A program made the translations under genes and the position numbers. 64,000 nt of DNA from Steroidobacteraceae bacterium (GTDB taxonomy: Bacteria; Pseudomonadota; Gammaproteobacteria; Steroidobacterales; Steroidobacteraceae): NCBI GenBank assembly GCA_035493235.1, contig DATJIP010000106.1:26610-90609 (forward strand). Direction: 5' to 3'. The notes under the pieces were generated by a model that searched no databases, was not told the origin of the DNA, and worked only from the letters and a program-made list of their open reading frames with translations. Position 1 is the first letter of the stretch; every line of letters begins with the position of its first letter. Positions 28,495-40,462 of the stretch are shown here, one piece after another.

Positions 28495-30921
28495 CTACTG
28501 AGGCATCTTCTCCAGTTCCTGGCGCAGCTCGTCCATGGTCTGGTGACGCTTCATTTTGTCTACCGACATCGCGCGCCCGACCAGGTCGGAGATCGGCTTC
28601 GGCAGCTGCGGGTTCACGTCGAGCGCGGACTTCGCCTTGCCCTGCACGTGCTGGTACATGACCGACATGTGGTCGCCGCGGCTGTAGGGCGGCTGGCCGG
28701 TGAACATCTCGTACATGATCACGCCGACGCTGTAGATGTCGGCACGCTGGTCGACTTTCTTGCCGAGGATCTGCTCCGGCGCCATGTATTTCGGCGAGCC
28801 GATCACGTAGCCGGTCTTGGTCAGCTGCGTGTCGCCTTCCTTCTGCGCGGCGGCGACGCCGAAGTCGAGGATCTTCAGCAGCCCCTCGTTGTTGATCATG
28901 ATGTTCGCCGGCTTCAGGTCGCGATGCACGACGCCGGCGTGGTGCGCGACCGACATGCCGGTGCAGATGTCGATGCCGTACTGGATGGCGCGCGGCAGCG
29001 GCAGCGGCTTCTCGTTGACGATCTCGCTGCCGAGCGTGTGGCCGGGGAAGTACTCCATCGAGATCGCGTAGTTGCCACGCATGTACAGGAAGTCATAGAT
29101 GCGGATGACGTTCTTGTGCGTGATCTTGCGCGAGTAGCGCAGCTCGTGCACGAAGCGCTTCATCATCTCTTCGTCGTTCGCCACGTTCGGGTTGAGGAAC
29201 TTCAGGATCAGCCGCTCGTCGACGACCGTGTCCTCGACCAGCACGACCGTGCCGAAAGCGCCCTTGCCGATCTTCTCGATGAACTTGTAGCGGCCCTCGA
29301 GGATGTCGCCGTTCTTGAGGGTGGCGATGTCCATCTTTACGCCGGTGGCGGCGGTCTCCTCCACCTTCTTGAGCACCTGGTCGACGTCGCCCTTCTCGAT
29401 CAGCAGCGTACGCGGCGGTTCGGCCGGCTTCGCAACCTTTATGTTGGCCGCTGCCGTGGCTGCCGCTGCCGCGGCGACTGCCGTGCTCGAGTAGCGATTG
29501 TCGATTTCTTCGAGCGCGCGGTACGCCGCTTGCTGGATCGTCTCGTCGTTGGCGCTCGAGCCGGCCGCCTGGATGTAGCTGCGCACGCTGTCGGCGCGTT
29601 TGTCGTCCGCCAGTCGCGCGAGCGCGTTGATCGCTTCGACCTTTATCTCTTTCTCGGGGCGCTCGAGCAGCCGCACCATCGGCTCGATGACGCGCACGTC
29701 GCCGAGCTTGCCCAGCGCACGCGCGATGGTCGGCAACGAGCGGGCGTTTTCCGAATTCAGCAGCTCCATCAGTGTCGGCACGGCTTTCTTGCTGCCGATC
29801 TCGGCGAGTGCGTCGACGGCACGCTCGCTCACCCACCAGTCCTTGTCCTTGGTCGCCTCGATCAGGAAGTTGACCGCGCGCTCGTCCTTGGTCTGGTTCA
29901 GGATCTCGATCGCCGCGCGCCGCACGTCCTCATCCTCGTCGCGGATCAGCTCGATCACGGCGTCCACGACGCGCGGTCCGCCGATCTTGCCGAGCGCGTC
30001 GGCGGCGCGCGTGCGCACCCACCAGTCGTCATCCTTGATGACCTGCAGCAGGTGCTTGATGTCGCGCGCGGTGCCGAGATGGTTCAGCACTTCGACCGCG
30101 GCACGCCGGGCGTACTCGTTCTCGTCCTTCAGCACTTCGACGAGGTACTTCATCGTGTCCGGGTCCTTGGCCCGCACCACGACGTCGATCGCGCGATTGG
30201 CGACCTCGAGATCCGGATCGCGCAGCATCTGGCAGACCGGACCGACCGCGATCGGACCGTCCATCTTGGCGAGCGCGTTGAGCGCCGCCTGACGGATCAG
30301 CTTGTTCGGGTCCTTGAGCTGCGTCTGGATCGCTGCCGAGACATCCGGCCGGTTGAAGCGCGACAGGATGTTGATGATGTGGATGCGGGCGATCGAGTCC
30401 TTGCCCTCGATGCGGCTGGTCAGCTCGGGAATCGACTGTGTGTCGGCGAGCTCGCCGATGATGCGGAACAGTGCCGCCTTCTCGTTCGCCTCCTGGCTGT
30501 ACGCGTGTTGCAGCAGGTCGCGGACCGAGAAGCGCTGCTTCTGGGCGGCGATGATGTCCAGCACTGCGGGCTTGGAGACGTCCTCACGGCCCAGCAGGTC
30601 GATCAGCAGCGAGGGACTGTAGTTGTGGCTGGCCGTCAGCGCCCAGGCGACGGCGGCAATCGTGCGCGGGCTGCCGTCGGTCAGGCCCGCCACGAACTGC
30701 GGGAAGGTCTTGTTGTCGACGAGCTGTGTCAGGATCTCGACGTACGAGGCCGCTTCCTTCTTGTCTGCGACGGCGAGCGCGTCGAGGATCTTCGGGATCG
30801 CACCAGGGCCGATCTTCGCGAGCTTCTCGAACGCCTGCCGTGCCTCCGGGTGCAGCGGATCGCCAATTCCGCGGATTTCCGCGATCAGCCGCTCAGCTTT
30901 CAGATCCGAAAAGAAACTCAT
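28495..30921 (-). CDS. HEAT-repeat protein with C-terminal Hanks-type Ser/Thr kinase
   Basis: About 480 aa of HEAT/PBS-like repeats, then IGKGAFG, ILK, HRDLKPAN, DFG, GSPKYMAPE; no TM segment. Confidence 0.9.
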   Translation of the reverse strand: MSFFSDLKAERLIAEIRGIGDPLHPEARQAFEKLAKIGPGAIPKILDALAVADKKEAASYVEILTQLVDNKTFPQFVAGLTDGSPRTIAAVAWALTASHNYSPSLLIDLLGREDVSKPAVLDIIAAQKQRFSVRDLLQHAYSQEANEKAALFRIIGELADTQSIPELTSRIEGKDSIARIHIINILSRFNRPDVSAAIQTQLKDPNKLIRQAALNALAKMDGPIAVGPVCQMLRDPDLEVANRAIDVVVRAKDPDTMKYLVEVLKDENEYARRAAVEVLNHLGTARDIKHLLQVIKDDDWWVRTRAADALGKIGGPRVVDAVIELIRDEDEDVRRAAIEILNQTKDERAVNFLIEATKDKDWWVSERAVDALAEIGSKKAVPTLMELLNSENARSLPTIARALGKLGDVRVIEPMVRLLERPEKEIKVEAINALARLADDKRADSVRSYIQAAGSSANDETIQQAAYRALEEIDNRYSSTAVAAAAAATAAANIKVAKPAEPPRTLLIEKGDVDQVLKKVEETAATGVKMDIATLKNGDILEGRYKFIEKIGKGAFGTVVLVEDTVVDERLILKFLNPNVANDEEMMKRFVHELRYSRKITHKNVIRIYDFLYMRGNYAISMEYFPGHTLGSEIVNEKPLPLPRAIQYGIDICTGMSVAHHAGVVHRDLKPANIMINNEGLLKILDFGVAAAQKEGDTQLTKTGYVIGSPKYMAPEQILGKKVDQRADIYSVGVIMYEMFTGQPPYSRGDHMSVMYQHVQGKAKSALDVNPQLPKPISDLVGRAMSVDKMKRHQTMDELRQELEKMPQ

Positions 30922-31026
30922 CCCGCCCTGAGGTCCGCTTTAGCGTGTGTAACTCATTATGCCACGGCTGCCGCGCTACAATCCGCGCCTCGCGAGCCAG
31001 CCCGTCAGGATCCGTCCATCGTTCTC

Positions 31027-32121
31027 ATGACTACTCCGCCCGAAGTCGCATTGCGCGAGGCCGTCGAGTCCTACGTCGACCCCTACCTTGGGTTGGAGCT
31101 GCGCGCGGCCGGCGCGCTGCGCGGACTGAATCTCGACGCCGAACAGCTCGCCATCGCGCTGACCCTGGGATTCCCGGCTCGCCACTATCGGGATGAGCTC
31201 GCGGCCGCGATCGAGCAACGGGTGCGTCCGCTCGTCGGCACGCGCAGCGTGACGATCGACATCGATTGGCAGATCGCGGCGCACGGCGTCCAGCGCAATC
31301 TGCGGCCGATTCAGGGCATCCGTAACATCATTGCAATCGCTTCAGGGAAAGGCGGAGTCGGCAAGTCGACGACTGCCGCAAACCTGGCGCTCGCGCTGGC
31401 GTACGAGGGCGCCGCGGTCGGCCTGCTGGACGCCGACATCTATGGCCCGAGTCAGCCGCTGATGATGGGACTCGCAGGCCAGAGTCCGACCAGCCCCGAC
31501 CAGCGCACGATGATCGCGCCCGTGGCGTACGACGTGAAAGTCATGTCCGTCGGCTTCCTCATCGACGCCGAGCAGCCGATGGTGTGGCGCGGGCCGATGG
31601 TGACGCAGGCGCTGGTGCAGCTGTTGGAGACGACGCGCTGGGGCGAGCTCGATTACCTGGTCGTCGACATGCCGCCCGGCACCGGCGACACGCAGCTGAC
31701 CTTGTCGCAACGGGTGCCGGTGAGCGGCGCGGTGATCGTCACGACGCCGCAGGACATCGCGCTGCTCGATGCACGCAAGGGGCTGCGCATGTTCCAGAAG
31801 GTCGAAGTGCCCGTACTCGGCATCGTCGAGAACATGAGCACGCACGTCTGCTCGAACTGCGGCCACGAGGAGCACATCTTCGGCGCCGGCGGCGGTCGCC
31901 GCATGGCCGAGCAATATGGCGTCGACCTGCTGGCCGAGCTGCCGCTCGACATCCGCATCCGCGAGCAGGCGGACAGCGGCCGGCCGACCGTCGTCGCCGA
32001 GCCGGACAGCACGCTCGGGCGCGCCTACATCGACCTCGCGCGCCGGACTGCGGCGCGTCTGGCGCGCACGGCGCTCACGCCCGCGGCGGCCTTCCCGACG
32101 ATCACGATGGAAGACACTTGA
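31027..32121 (+). CDS. apbC: Iron-sulfur cluster carrier ATPase ApbC/Mrp
   Basis: SGKGGVGKST, DADIYGPS, WRGPM, DMPPGTGD, ENMS...CSNC. Confidence 0.95.
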   Translation: MTTPPEVALREAVESYVDPYLGLELRAAGALRGLNLDAEQLAIALTLGFPARHYRDELAAAIEQRVRPLVGTRSVTIDIDWQIAAHGVQRNLRPIQGIRNIIAIASGKGGVGKSTTAANLALALAYEGAAVGLLDADIYGPSQPLMMGLAGQSPTSPDQRTMIAPVAYDVKVMSVGFLIDAEQPMVWRGPMVTQALVQLLETTRWGELDYLVVDMPPGTGDTQLTLSQRVPVSGAVIVTTPQDIALLDARKGLRMFQKVEVPVLGIVENMSTHVCSNCGHEEHIFGAGGGRRMAEQYGVDLLAELPLDIRIREQADSGRPTVVAEPDSTLGRAYIDLARRTAARLARTALTPAAAFPTITMEDT

Positions 32122-33311
32122 TGGACGCAGATACCGCTAGCGACGTTTCAATACGGCAGTCGGTCTACACCGGCATCCTGCCGTTCCAGGCCATCCGCGA
32201 GATGGTCGATGGCGGCGACATCCGGGCGACGGAAATCTTCGGCGCGATCGAAGCCGATCAGATCCAACCGGCGAGCATCGATCTGCGTCTCGGCTCGCAC
32301 GCCTATCCCGTCGATACCAGTTTTCTGCCGGGGCGCGGCGTAAAGGTCCTGGAAAAGATGGAAGACCTCGATCCGGATTTCCAGCGCTTCAAGATCGATC
32401 TGACGGACGGTGCGGTCCTGGAGCAGGGCCGGGTGTACGTCGTGCCGCTGGCCGAATTCATCTCGCTGAAGAGCGAGGTCGCGGCCTTTGCCAATCCGAA
32501 GAGCTCGACGGGCCGCCTGGACATCCTCACTCGGCTGATCGCCGACGGTGCGACGCACTTCGATCAGGTCGAGGATGGTTACAAGGGACAGCTCTACATA
32601 GAGATCGCGCCGCGCAGCTTCAGCGTCGTGGTGAAAAGCGGCACCCGACTCAATCAGCTGCGCTTTCGCCGCACGCGCGGCTCGGCGCCGCGACCGATCA
32701 CCGGCGCGGACTGGAAGACGCTGCTCGACGACGGCAGTGTCGTCGATACGCGCAGCGCGGAGGAAAAAAGCAGGCTCGGTGACCGACCCGGGTTCCTGCC
32801 GTTCACGGTCGACCTCGAAGGTTCGGGCCGTGGCGATTCGCTGGTGGGCTGGCGCGCCAAGAAGCACACGAAGCGGATCGATCTCGAGCGGCGCGATTAC
32901 GATCCGCTCGACTTCTGGGAACCGATTTACTGGCACAAGCACCCGTCCCTGGCGCTCGTGCCCGACGAGTTCTACATACTGATGACGAAGGAAGCGATCG
33001 CCGTGCCGCCGAGTTACGCGGCGGAGATGCTGCCCTACGACACGCGTGCCGGCGAGTTTCGCGTTCACTACGCAGGCTTCTTCGATCCGGGCTTCGGCTG
33101 GAACCCGCAGACCGGCAGAGCCGGTAGCAGCCGCGGCGTACTCGAAGTGCGCTCGCACGAAGTCCCGTTCCTGCTCGAGCACGGACAGACCGTGGGGTGG
33201 CTGCGCTATGAGCGCATGGCGCAGTCGCCGTCGACCTTATACGGACGCGAGATCAGCTCGAACTATCAAGGACAAGGTCTGAAGCTCGCGAAGCAGTTTC
33301 GACAGAGCTAG
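32121..33311 (+). CDS. dcd: 2'-deoxycytidine 5'-triphosphate deaminase, long two-domain type
   Basis: QIQPASIDLRLG, NPKSSTGRLD, EFRVHYAGFFDPGFG, VLEVRSHEVPF. ATG overlaps the apbC TGA. Confidence 0.9.
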   Translation: MDADTASDVSIRQSVYTGILPFQAIREMVDGGDIRATEIFGAIEADQIQPASIDLRLGSHAYPVDTSFLPGRGVKVLEKMEDLDPDFQRFKIDLTDGAVLEQGRVYVVPLAEFISLKSEVAAFANPKSSTGRLDILTRLIADGATHFDQVEDGYKGQLYIEIAPRSFSVVVKSGTRLNQLRFRRTRGSAPRPITGADWKTLLDDGSVVDTRSAEEKSRLGDRPGFLPFTVDLEGSGRGDSLVGWRAKKHTKRIDLERRDYDPLDFWEPIYWHKHPSLALVPDEFYILMTKEAIAVPPSYAAEMLPYDTRAGEFRVHYAGFFDPGFGWNPQTGRAGSSRGVLEVRSHEVPFLLEHGQTVGWLRYERMAQSPSTLYGREISSNYQGQGLKLAKQFRQS

Positions 33312-33370
33312 CGAAAAGCGCCTCGGCGACTTTTCGCCATAGAAAGCGCAGCGAAAGTCACGCCTTTCGC
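33310..33370. terminator. Two related hairpins (gcgaaaag...cttttcgc; gcgaaag...ctttcgc) between convergent genes
   Basis: Inverted repeats seen between the dcd and DUF3108 stops. Confidence 0.45.
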
Positions 33371-33375
33371 GGGCG

Positions 33376-34104
33376 TCAATGGCGCTGCAGCTTCTGCAGC
33401 ACCATCACCGTCTCGACCTTGCCCTTGCGCACCTGCTCGGCGCGCACCGGCAGGAATTCCAGGCTCGGCGCCATCCAGAAGCGCGACGTGCGGCTCGAGC
33501 CGCCCTCGCGCGTGCTCTCGTAGATCACGGTATCGATCTTGCCGAGCGCGGAATCGACGCTCGCGGTTTCTTTCTTGGTGTAGACGTAGCGCTTGATGCG
33601 GTTGTCGTCGATCAGCGGGATCGTTCCCGGCTCGACGCCGCGTAACAGGGCGGTCGTCACGCAGATCGAGATCGACGAGCGATCCTGCGTGCCGGTCTCG
33701 GCGGTGAGATCGACCGGCTTGCCTTCGATCGTGCCGGTCACGCGACTGCGCGACCAGTCGAAATGCAACTGGCCGTCCTTCTCGTCGCTGGAGGTGCCGT
33801 CGTCGAGCTTCCAGTCGATCGGCCGCGTGCCGGAGTCGTCGATTTCCATGACGCTGCGTTCCATCGCGGCTTTGCTCACGAACAGTCGCGCGAGCGTACT
33901 CGGACTGGCGTGCGTTTCGTAGATGTAGCGACCGGTCGCGGCGTCGCGCGCGAAGTCGAACGTGATCGTGCCGGCGCCGATGCCGCGGAAACTGACCGCG
34001 TAAGTTGCCGAGAACGGTCGCGGCACGGCGGCTTCGGCATGCACAGTCGATCCGAGCAGCAGCATCGCAAGGCTCGATAACAGCAGGCTGACAATAGTTC
34101 GCAT
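33376..34104 (-). CDS. DUF3108 domain-containing exported protein
   Basis: Signal peptide; FSATY, QDRSS, FWMAPSLEFLPVR; next to purN. Confidence 0.8.
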   Translation of the reverse strand: MRTIVSLLLSSLAMLLLGSTVHAEAAVPRPFSATYAVSFRGIGAGTITFDFARDAATGRYIYETHASPSTLARLFVSKAAMERSVMEIDDSGTRPIDWKLDDGTSSDEKDGQLHFDWSRSRVTGTIEGKPVDLTAETGTQDRSSISICVTTALLRGVEPGTIPLIDDNRIKRYVYTKKETASVDSALGKIDTVIYESTREGGSSRTSRFWMAPSLEFLPVRAEQVRKGKVETVMVLQKLQRH

Positions 34105-34129
34105 TCGGTCTCCGCAGCGTTCTCGCAAG

Positions 34130-34789
34130 CTAACCGCCGACCGCTGGCGAGGGTTCCCGCAGCGGCGCGTCCAGCGGCTTGCCGTCGAGCCACGCGCGGC
34201 CGTTCTGCAACAGCAAGCGTCCGCGCGCGAACCAGTCGATCGCCTGGGGGTAGATCTTGTGTTCGGCCTGCTGAACTCGCGCTGAAAGCGTGATTTCCGT
34301 GTCGCCGGGCACGACCGGAACCTCGGCCTGCAGCACGACCGGTCCGCCGTCGAGCTGCTCTGTGACGAAGTGGATGCTGGCGCCGTGCGCTGCATCCCCG
34401 GCTTCCAGGCACCGTCGGTGCGTGTGCAGGCCGGGATACTTCGGCAGCAGCGAGGGATGCACGTTGAGCATGCGGCCCGCGAATGCGCCGATGAACTGCG
34501 GCGTGAGAATCCGCATGAATCCTGCGAGCAGCACCAGCTGCGGCTGGAATTGCCGGAGCAGCTCGACGAGCGCGCGGTCATAAGCGGGACGATCGGGGAA
34601 ATCGCGCGGCTCCAGCACGCGCGTCGCGATGTTCATGTCTGCGGCGAGACTCAGCCCTTCGGCAGAAGGTTTATCGCTGACCACGACACGCACATCGACT
34701 GGCAGAGTGCCGGCTGCTGCGCGTTCGACGATCACGCGCATGTTCGAGCCGCGGCCGGAGATCAGAATCGCGATCGGCAGCCGGCTCAT
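34130..34789 (-). CDS. purN: Phosphoribosylglycinamide formyltransferase
   Basis: [29 protein letters not shown]. Confidence 0.96.
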   Translation of the reverse strand: MSRLPIAILISGRGSNMRVIVERAAAGTLPVDVRVVVSDKPSAEGLSLAADMNIATRVLEPRDFPDRPAYDRALVELLRQFQPQLVLLAGFMRILTPQFIGAFAGRMLNVHPSLLPKYPGLHTHRRCLEAGDAAHGASIHFVTEQLDGGPVVLQAEVPVVPGDTEITLSARVQQAEHKIYPQAIDWFARGRLLLQNGRAWLDGKPLDAPLREPSPAVGG

Positions 34790-35814
34790 CCGCGGATGAT
34801 GACGCCGCCGTCGCCGCGTCGGACTTCGCCGATGACGGCCGGCTGCTCACCATGCTCGCGCAGCACTTTGAGCGCGCGCTCGCAATGCTCGGCCGCCACG
34901 CAGACCGTCATGCCGATTCCGCAGTTGAATGTTCGGTACATCTCGTCGTCCGGGATGCTGCCCGCTCGCTGCAACCACTCGAACACGGGCGGCTGGGTCC
35001 ACGTCTGCGCGCTCAGCATCACCTCGAGCCCTTCCGGCACGACGCGCGGGATGTTCTCCGTCAATCCGCCGCCGGTGATGTGCGCGAAGCTGTGCACGGG
35101 AATGGCTTTGGCCAGCGCAAGCAGCGGCTTTACGTAAATTCGCGTCGGCGTGAGCAGCGCGTCGTACAGCAAGCCGCCTTCGAGTTTCGTCGTCGGCGTT
35201 GCCTTGGCGTTCTTGAGCAGCTTGCGGATCAGCGAGTAGCCGTTCGAGTGCGGCCCGGACGAGGGCAATCCGATGATTACATCGCCGGGCCGCGTGCGGC
35301 TGCCGTCGATGATCGCGTCCTTCTCGACGATGCCGACGCAGAAGCCGGCGAGATCGTAATCGCCGGCGGCATACATGCCGGGCATCTCCGCGGTCTCGCC
35401 GCCGATCAGCGCTGCGCCGGCCTGGATGCAGCCTTCGACGATGCCTTTGATCACTGCCTCGGCCACGTCGACGCTGAGCTTGCCGGTTGCGTAGTAGTCC
35501 AGGAAGTACAGCGGCTCGGCGCCCTGCACGACGACGTCGTTCACGCACATGGCGACCAGGTCGATGCCGATCGTGGCGTGGCGGCCGGTCTCGATGGCCA
35601 GCCGCAACTTGGTACCGACGCCGTCGGTGCCCGACACCAGCACCGGCTTGCGATAACGCTCCAGCGGAATCTCGAACAGCGCGCCGAAACCGCCGAGGCC
35701 GCCGAGCACCTCGGGGCGCAGCGAGCGTTTGACGGCCGGCTTGATGCGTTCGACCAGCTCGTCGCCCGCCTCGATGTCGACGCCGGCGTCTTTGTAGGTA
35801 ATCGAATTGGACAT
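34786..35814 (-). CDS. purM: Phosphoribosylformylglycinamidine cyclo-ligase
   Basis: [40 protein letters not shown]. Confidence 0.96.
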   Translation of the reverse strand: MSNSITYKDAGVDIEAGDELVERIKPAVKRSLRPEVLGGLGGFGALFEIPLERYRKPVLVSGTDGVGTKLRLAIETGRHATIGIDLVAMCVNDVVVQGAEPLYFLDYYATGKLSVDVAEAVIKGIVEGCIQAGAALIGGETAEMPGMYAAGDYDLAGFCVGIVEKDAIIDGSRTRPGDVIIGLPSSGPHSNGYSLIRKLLKNAKATPTTKLEGGLLYDALLTPTRIYVKPLLALAKAIPVHSFAHITGGGLTENIPRVVPEGLEVMLSAQTWTQPPVFEWLQRAGSIPDDEMYRTFNCGIGMTVCVAAEHCERALKVLREHGEQPAVIGEVRRGDGGVIIRG

Positions 35815-35871
35815 GGTGACCTGAGGTTTTCTTCGGCAGGGCTGGAGCGAGCGCTGTGATATTTTACACTC

Positions 35872-36852
35872 ATGACATCTGCTTTTTGGTCGCCGTTCCG
35901 TTCCCTGTGCTGGAAACTCGTTTTCCTGTCGGTGCTGCTCGTCGGCGACGCGGCCCAGGCCGTCACCGTCCCGGATCTCTATGAAACCTCGCAGCCGGTG
36001 GCGGATGGTCAGCGCGATGCCGCGTTCGCGGACGCTCTGAATACCGTGCTGGTGCGTGTCAGTGGCCAGCGCGACGCGGCCATGCGCGTCGGCCCGGTCA
36101 GCGATCCTCGCAAATACGTGACGCGCTTCGGTTGGACCGCCGACAACGTGCTTCAGGTGCTGTTCGACAGCGCCTCGGTGGATCAACTGCTGTCGAAAGC
36201 CGGTCTACCGATCTGGGGCCGCGAGCGTCCGGCGACCGTTGTGATGTTCGGCGCCGAAGAGGCAGGTTCCTGGCGCTGGCTTGCGGTCGATACGCCGGCG
36301 CGCGAGCGCGATGCGATCGAAAAGGTCGCGCGCGAGCGGGGCCTGCCACTCAAATGGCCGGTGATGGACGCACAAGAACGCACCGAAGCGAGCGCCGATG
36401 CGCCGGACCTGATGCAGGTTGCGGCTCGCTATCAAGCGAACGCCGTGCTCGTCGGCCGCGCGCGTGGCGGTGTCGTCCAATGGACGTTGCAGTCCGACGA
36501 GGGCGCGGCACAAGCCAGCGGTGGCTTGGAGGACGGCGTCAATCTCGCGGCCGATACGTTCGCCCGGGTGTTTGCGGCTTCCGGCTCTTCGCTTGGCAGC
36601 GTCATCGTGGAGGTGGCGGGTATTTCCGATCTCAACGCTTACGCCGCGACGCTCAACTATCTGGAAGCCATGACGCTCGTGCGGGGCGTCGCGCTCGAAC
36701 AGGTCGCGGGTGAAAAGATGCGGTTCCGGCTCGCGGTGCGCGGCGACGCCGCCACCTTGCGTCGGGCAATCGCGCTCGATCGTCGACTGGTGCCGACGGA
36801 CGCGGCAGACGGCGCGGCGGCGGATCGGCTCGCGTTCCGTTATCAGCCCTGA
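35872..36852 (+). CDS. DUF2066 domain-containing protein
   Basis: Signal peptide; [16 protein letters not shown]; divergent from purM. Confidence 0.85.
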   Translation: MTSAFWSPFRSLCWKLVFLSVLLVGDAAQAVTVPDLYETSQPVADGQRDAAFADALNTVLVRVSGQRDAAMRVGPVSDPRKYVTRFGWTADNVLQVLFDSASVDQLLSKAGLPIWGRERPATVVMFGAEEAGSWRWLAVDTPARERDAIEKVARERGLPLKWPVMDAQERTEASADAPDLMQVAARYQANAVLVGRARGGVVQWTLQSDEGAAQASGGLEDGVNLAADTFARVFAASGSSLGSVIVEVAGISDLNAYAATLNYLEAMTLVRGVALEQVAGEKMRFRLAVRGDAATLRRAIALDRRLVPTDAADGAAADRLAFRYQP

Positions 36853-36858
36853 TCGACG

Positions 36859-37425
36859 ATGCGGCACATCCCCAATGCGCTTTGCTTCCTGCGCATGCTG
36901 CTGGTCGTGCCGGTGGCCTGGCTGCTCGTAACCGACAACTACCGCCTCACGCTCGCGATGTTTTTCTTTGCCGCTGCAACCGATGGCCTGGACGGCTTCC
37001 TGGCGAAGCGCTGCGGCTGGACCTCGGAGCTCGGCAAGATCATCGACCCGCTCGCCGACAAGATCCTGCTCGTGGGCGTGTTCATCACGCTGGCTGCGCT
37101 CGGTGTCGTGCCCGTGTGGCTGGCGGCGACTGCGGTCGCGCGCGACGTGATCATCACCGCGGGCGCGATCACATATAAATATCTCTTCAGCTACGGCGAG
37201 CTGCAGGGACGGCCGACGGCGGTCAGCAAGCTGAATACCTTGTGCCAGATCATCTATCTCCTGCTCGTCGTCGCTGCGCGTGCTTACGACTTCACGCCGA
37301 AGGTCGCGATCACCGTGCTCGGTGCGCTCGTCTTCGTCACCACGGTCGTGAGCGGCCTGGACTACGTCATCTCTTACTCGCGCAAGGCAGTCGAGGTCAG
37401 CCGCCGTCAGCGCGGCCTTGCGTAG
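36859..37425 (+). CDS. CDP-alcohol phosphatidyltransferase family protein
   Basis: TDGLDGFLAKR...GKIIDPLADK. Confidence 0.9.
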   Translation: MRHIPNALCFLRMLLVVPVAWLLVTDNYRLTLAMFFFAAATDGLDGFLAKRCGWTSELGKIIDPLADKILLVGVFITLAALGVVPVWLAATAVARDVIITAGAITYKYLFSYGELQGRPTAVSKLNTLCQIIYLLLVVAARAYDFTPKVAITVLGALVFVTTVVSGLDYVISYSRKAVEVSRRQRGLA

Positions 37426-38098
37426 ATGGATGCGAAGCAGCTCCCGCTCGGGATCCGGCTGCGCGACACGTCGGTCTTCGCGAGCTACTTTCCTGGCAGA
37501 AATCGATCGGTCGTCGAGGCGCTCGCTGCTCTGAGCGCGCGCCGCGCGGCCGCGAACGACGGACCTACCTGCGTGTGGGTTCACGGCCCTGCCTGCGTCG
37601 GCAAGACACACATGCTGCAGGCAATGTGTGCCAGCGCTCACGCTAATGGTCAGGCGGCGGCGTATTTGCCGCTGCGCGAAGTAGCGCAGCTCGGCGGCGA
37701 AATTCTCTCCGGCTACGGCCAGTTCTCACTCGTGTGTCTCGACGACGCGGAAGCCGTGGCCGGCAACGCAAGTTGGGAGCGCGCGTTGTTTCGTCTGCAT
37801 CAGGAGCTGGACGAACAGGGCGGACGCCTCGTGTTGTCGGGCGCGGCGCCTCCGGCAGCATTGCCGTTCAAGTTGGCCGACCTTGCCTCGCGGTTGAACG
37901 GCGGCGTCGTGCTGACGTTGCAAACGCTCGACGAGCAGGAACAACTCGCGGCCTTGCAGTTGCGCGCGCAACTGCGCGGCTGTGAGCTGCCGGAAGAAAC
38001 CGGTCAGTTCCTGTTGCGCCGACTGCCGCGAAACATGACGGCGCTCTGCAATTTCCTCGACCAGCTCGATGAGGCATCGCTCGTCGCGCAGCGTCGGC

Positions 38099-39189
<1,091 letters not shown>

Positions 39190-39213
39190 CTACGGTCGAT
39201 TGAAAAATCCACC

Positions 39214-39513
39214 ATGGCCCACATCGCTCGCATCCGTGGAATTCTCGTGGTCGCGGCCCTCGCGCTCGCCGCGTGCGCCGGCGCGCCCGTTCAGGAGATG
39301 AGCAACGCCCGTCAGGCCATCCGCGCTGCGCGCGATGCCGGTGCCGACAAGGCAGCTCCGCAGAAGCTGAACGAAGCCGAAGTTCTGTTGAATCGCGCCG
39401 AGGACAGCCTGGAACGGCGTGCTTATCGCGAGGCCCGGCGCAATGCCATCGCGGCTCGCGACAAAGCCGCGGAAGCGCTCGGCGCCGCCCAACCCGGCAG
39501 CAACACCGGCTGA
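39214..39513 (+). CDS. DUF4398-like lipoprotein
   Basis: Lipobox LAAC; EMSNARQAIRAARDAGA. Confidence 0.75.
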   Translation: MAHIARIRGILVVAALALAACAGAPVQEMSNARQAIRAARDAGADKAAPQKLNEAEVLLNRAEDSLERRAYREARRNAIAARDKAAEALGAAQPGSNTG

Positions 39514-39519
39514 ATCTCC

Positions 39520-39807
39520 TTGTCAGCGATCATCGCACGGCGCTGTTTCGTAGCCGGGCGCGTGCAAGGCGTTTTCTATCGCGCCTCGACACGGCAGCGT
39601 GCGCAGGAGCTCGGCTGTCGCGGCTACGCGCACAACCTTCCTGACGGCCGCGTCGAAGTGCTGGCTGTTGGCGAGCCCGCTGCGGTTCACGCTCTGGTCG
39701 AATGGCTCCGACAAGGCCCTCCGGCCGCGCACGTGACCGAGGTGAAGTGCGCCGAAGTGGCGCTCGCCGAGCTCGGCGAGCTGCCGAGCAGCTTCGGCAC
39801 CCGCTAG
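39520..39807 (+). CDS. acyP: Acylphosphatase
   Basis: GRVQGVFYR, NLPDGRVE. Confidence 0.92.
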   Translation: MSAIIARRCFVAGRVQGVFYRASTRQRAQELGCRGYAHNLPDGRVEVLAVGEPAAVHALVEWLRQGPPAAHVTEVKCAEVALAELGELPSSFGTR

Positions 39808-39811
39808 CCAA

Positions 39812-40378
39812 CTACTGGTAGTGCCAGCGCCGGGAGAGGCGGTCGAGCACGAGGTCGGCGTAATTCCTGCGCCCGACGCTGCCGTTATAGCGCGCGAGCG
39901 CGCGCGTGTAGTCGCCGCGCTCGCGATCCAGGTAGAACTTCAGGATCGTGCAACCCATGCGCAGGTTCTGCGGGATACGCACCAGCTCCTGGTTGGTCAT
40001 GCCGAGCTGGCGCGGCCAGAACGGCATCACCTGCATCAGCCCGACCGCGCCGGCGCTGGACACCGCCCAGCGATCGAAGCGGCTCTCGACGTCGATCACC
40101 GCCATGACGAGCCCCGGCGGTAACTGCAGCCGGCGCGCCTCGCAGTGCACGTGGTGCAGGATTTCCTGGCGCTCCTTGGGATCTTTCAGCAGCGGCTTCA
40201 GTTTCGGCTCCATCGCCGCGAACCAGACCTGCTCGTCGAACTTGTCCTCGAAACAGGCACCTGCTGCCAGCGCCTGTTCGAGCAGCGCGCCGAGCTGCGG
40301 ATCCTGCTGGCGGTCCGCGAAAACCGGCCCGCTCGCGATCAGCGAGAGCAGGAACAATGCTGCTCGGGGGGCTTTCAA
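39812..40378 (-). CDS. Lytic transglycosylase (SLT) domain protein
   Basis: IDVESRF, GLMQVMP, ALARYNGS. Start uncertain (TTG 40378 or upstream). Confidence 0.85.
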   Translation of the reverse strand: MKAPRAALFLLSLIASGPVFADRQQDPQLGALLEQALAAGACFEDKFDEQVWFAAMEPKLKPLLKDPKERQEILHHVHCEARRLQLPPGLVMAVIDVESRFDRWAVSSAGAVGLMQVMPFWPRQLGMTNQELVRIPQNLRMGCTILKFYLDRERGDYTRALARYNGSVGRRNYADLVLDRLSRRWHYQ

Positions 40379-40462
40379 CGTGCTGCGAACCCGATCTGCC
40401 GCGTCTGTTGTGCGTGCTGCGCGTCGCACAATATCATGTGCCCCCCTCATCGCACGCTAACC

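Noticed and set aside
27334-31026. 1595-aa + strand ORF (27334-32121)
   Set aside because: Only the last 364 aa (apbC) are real. The rest is the antisense shadow of the PilT and kinase genes, common in high-GC DNA.
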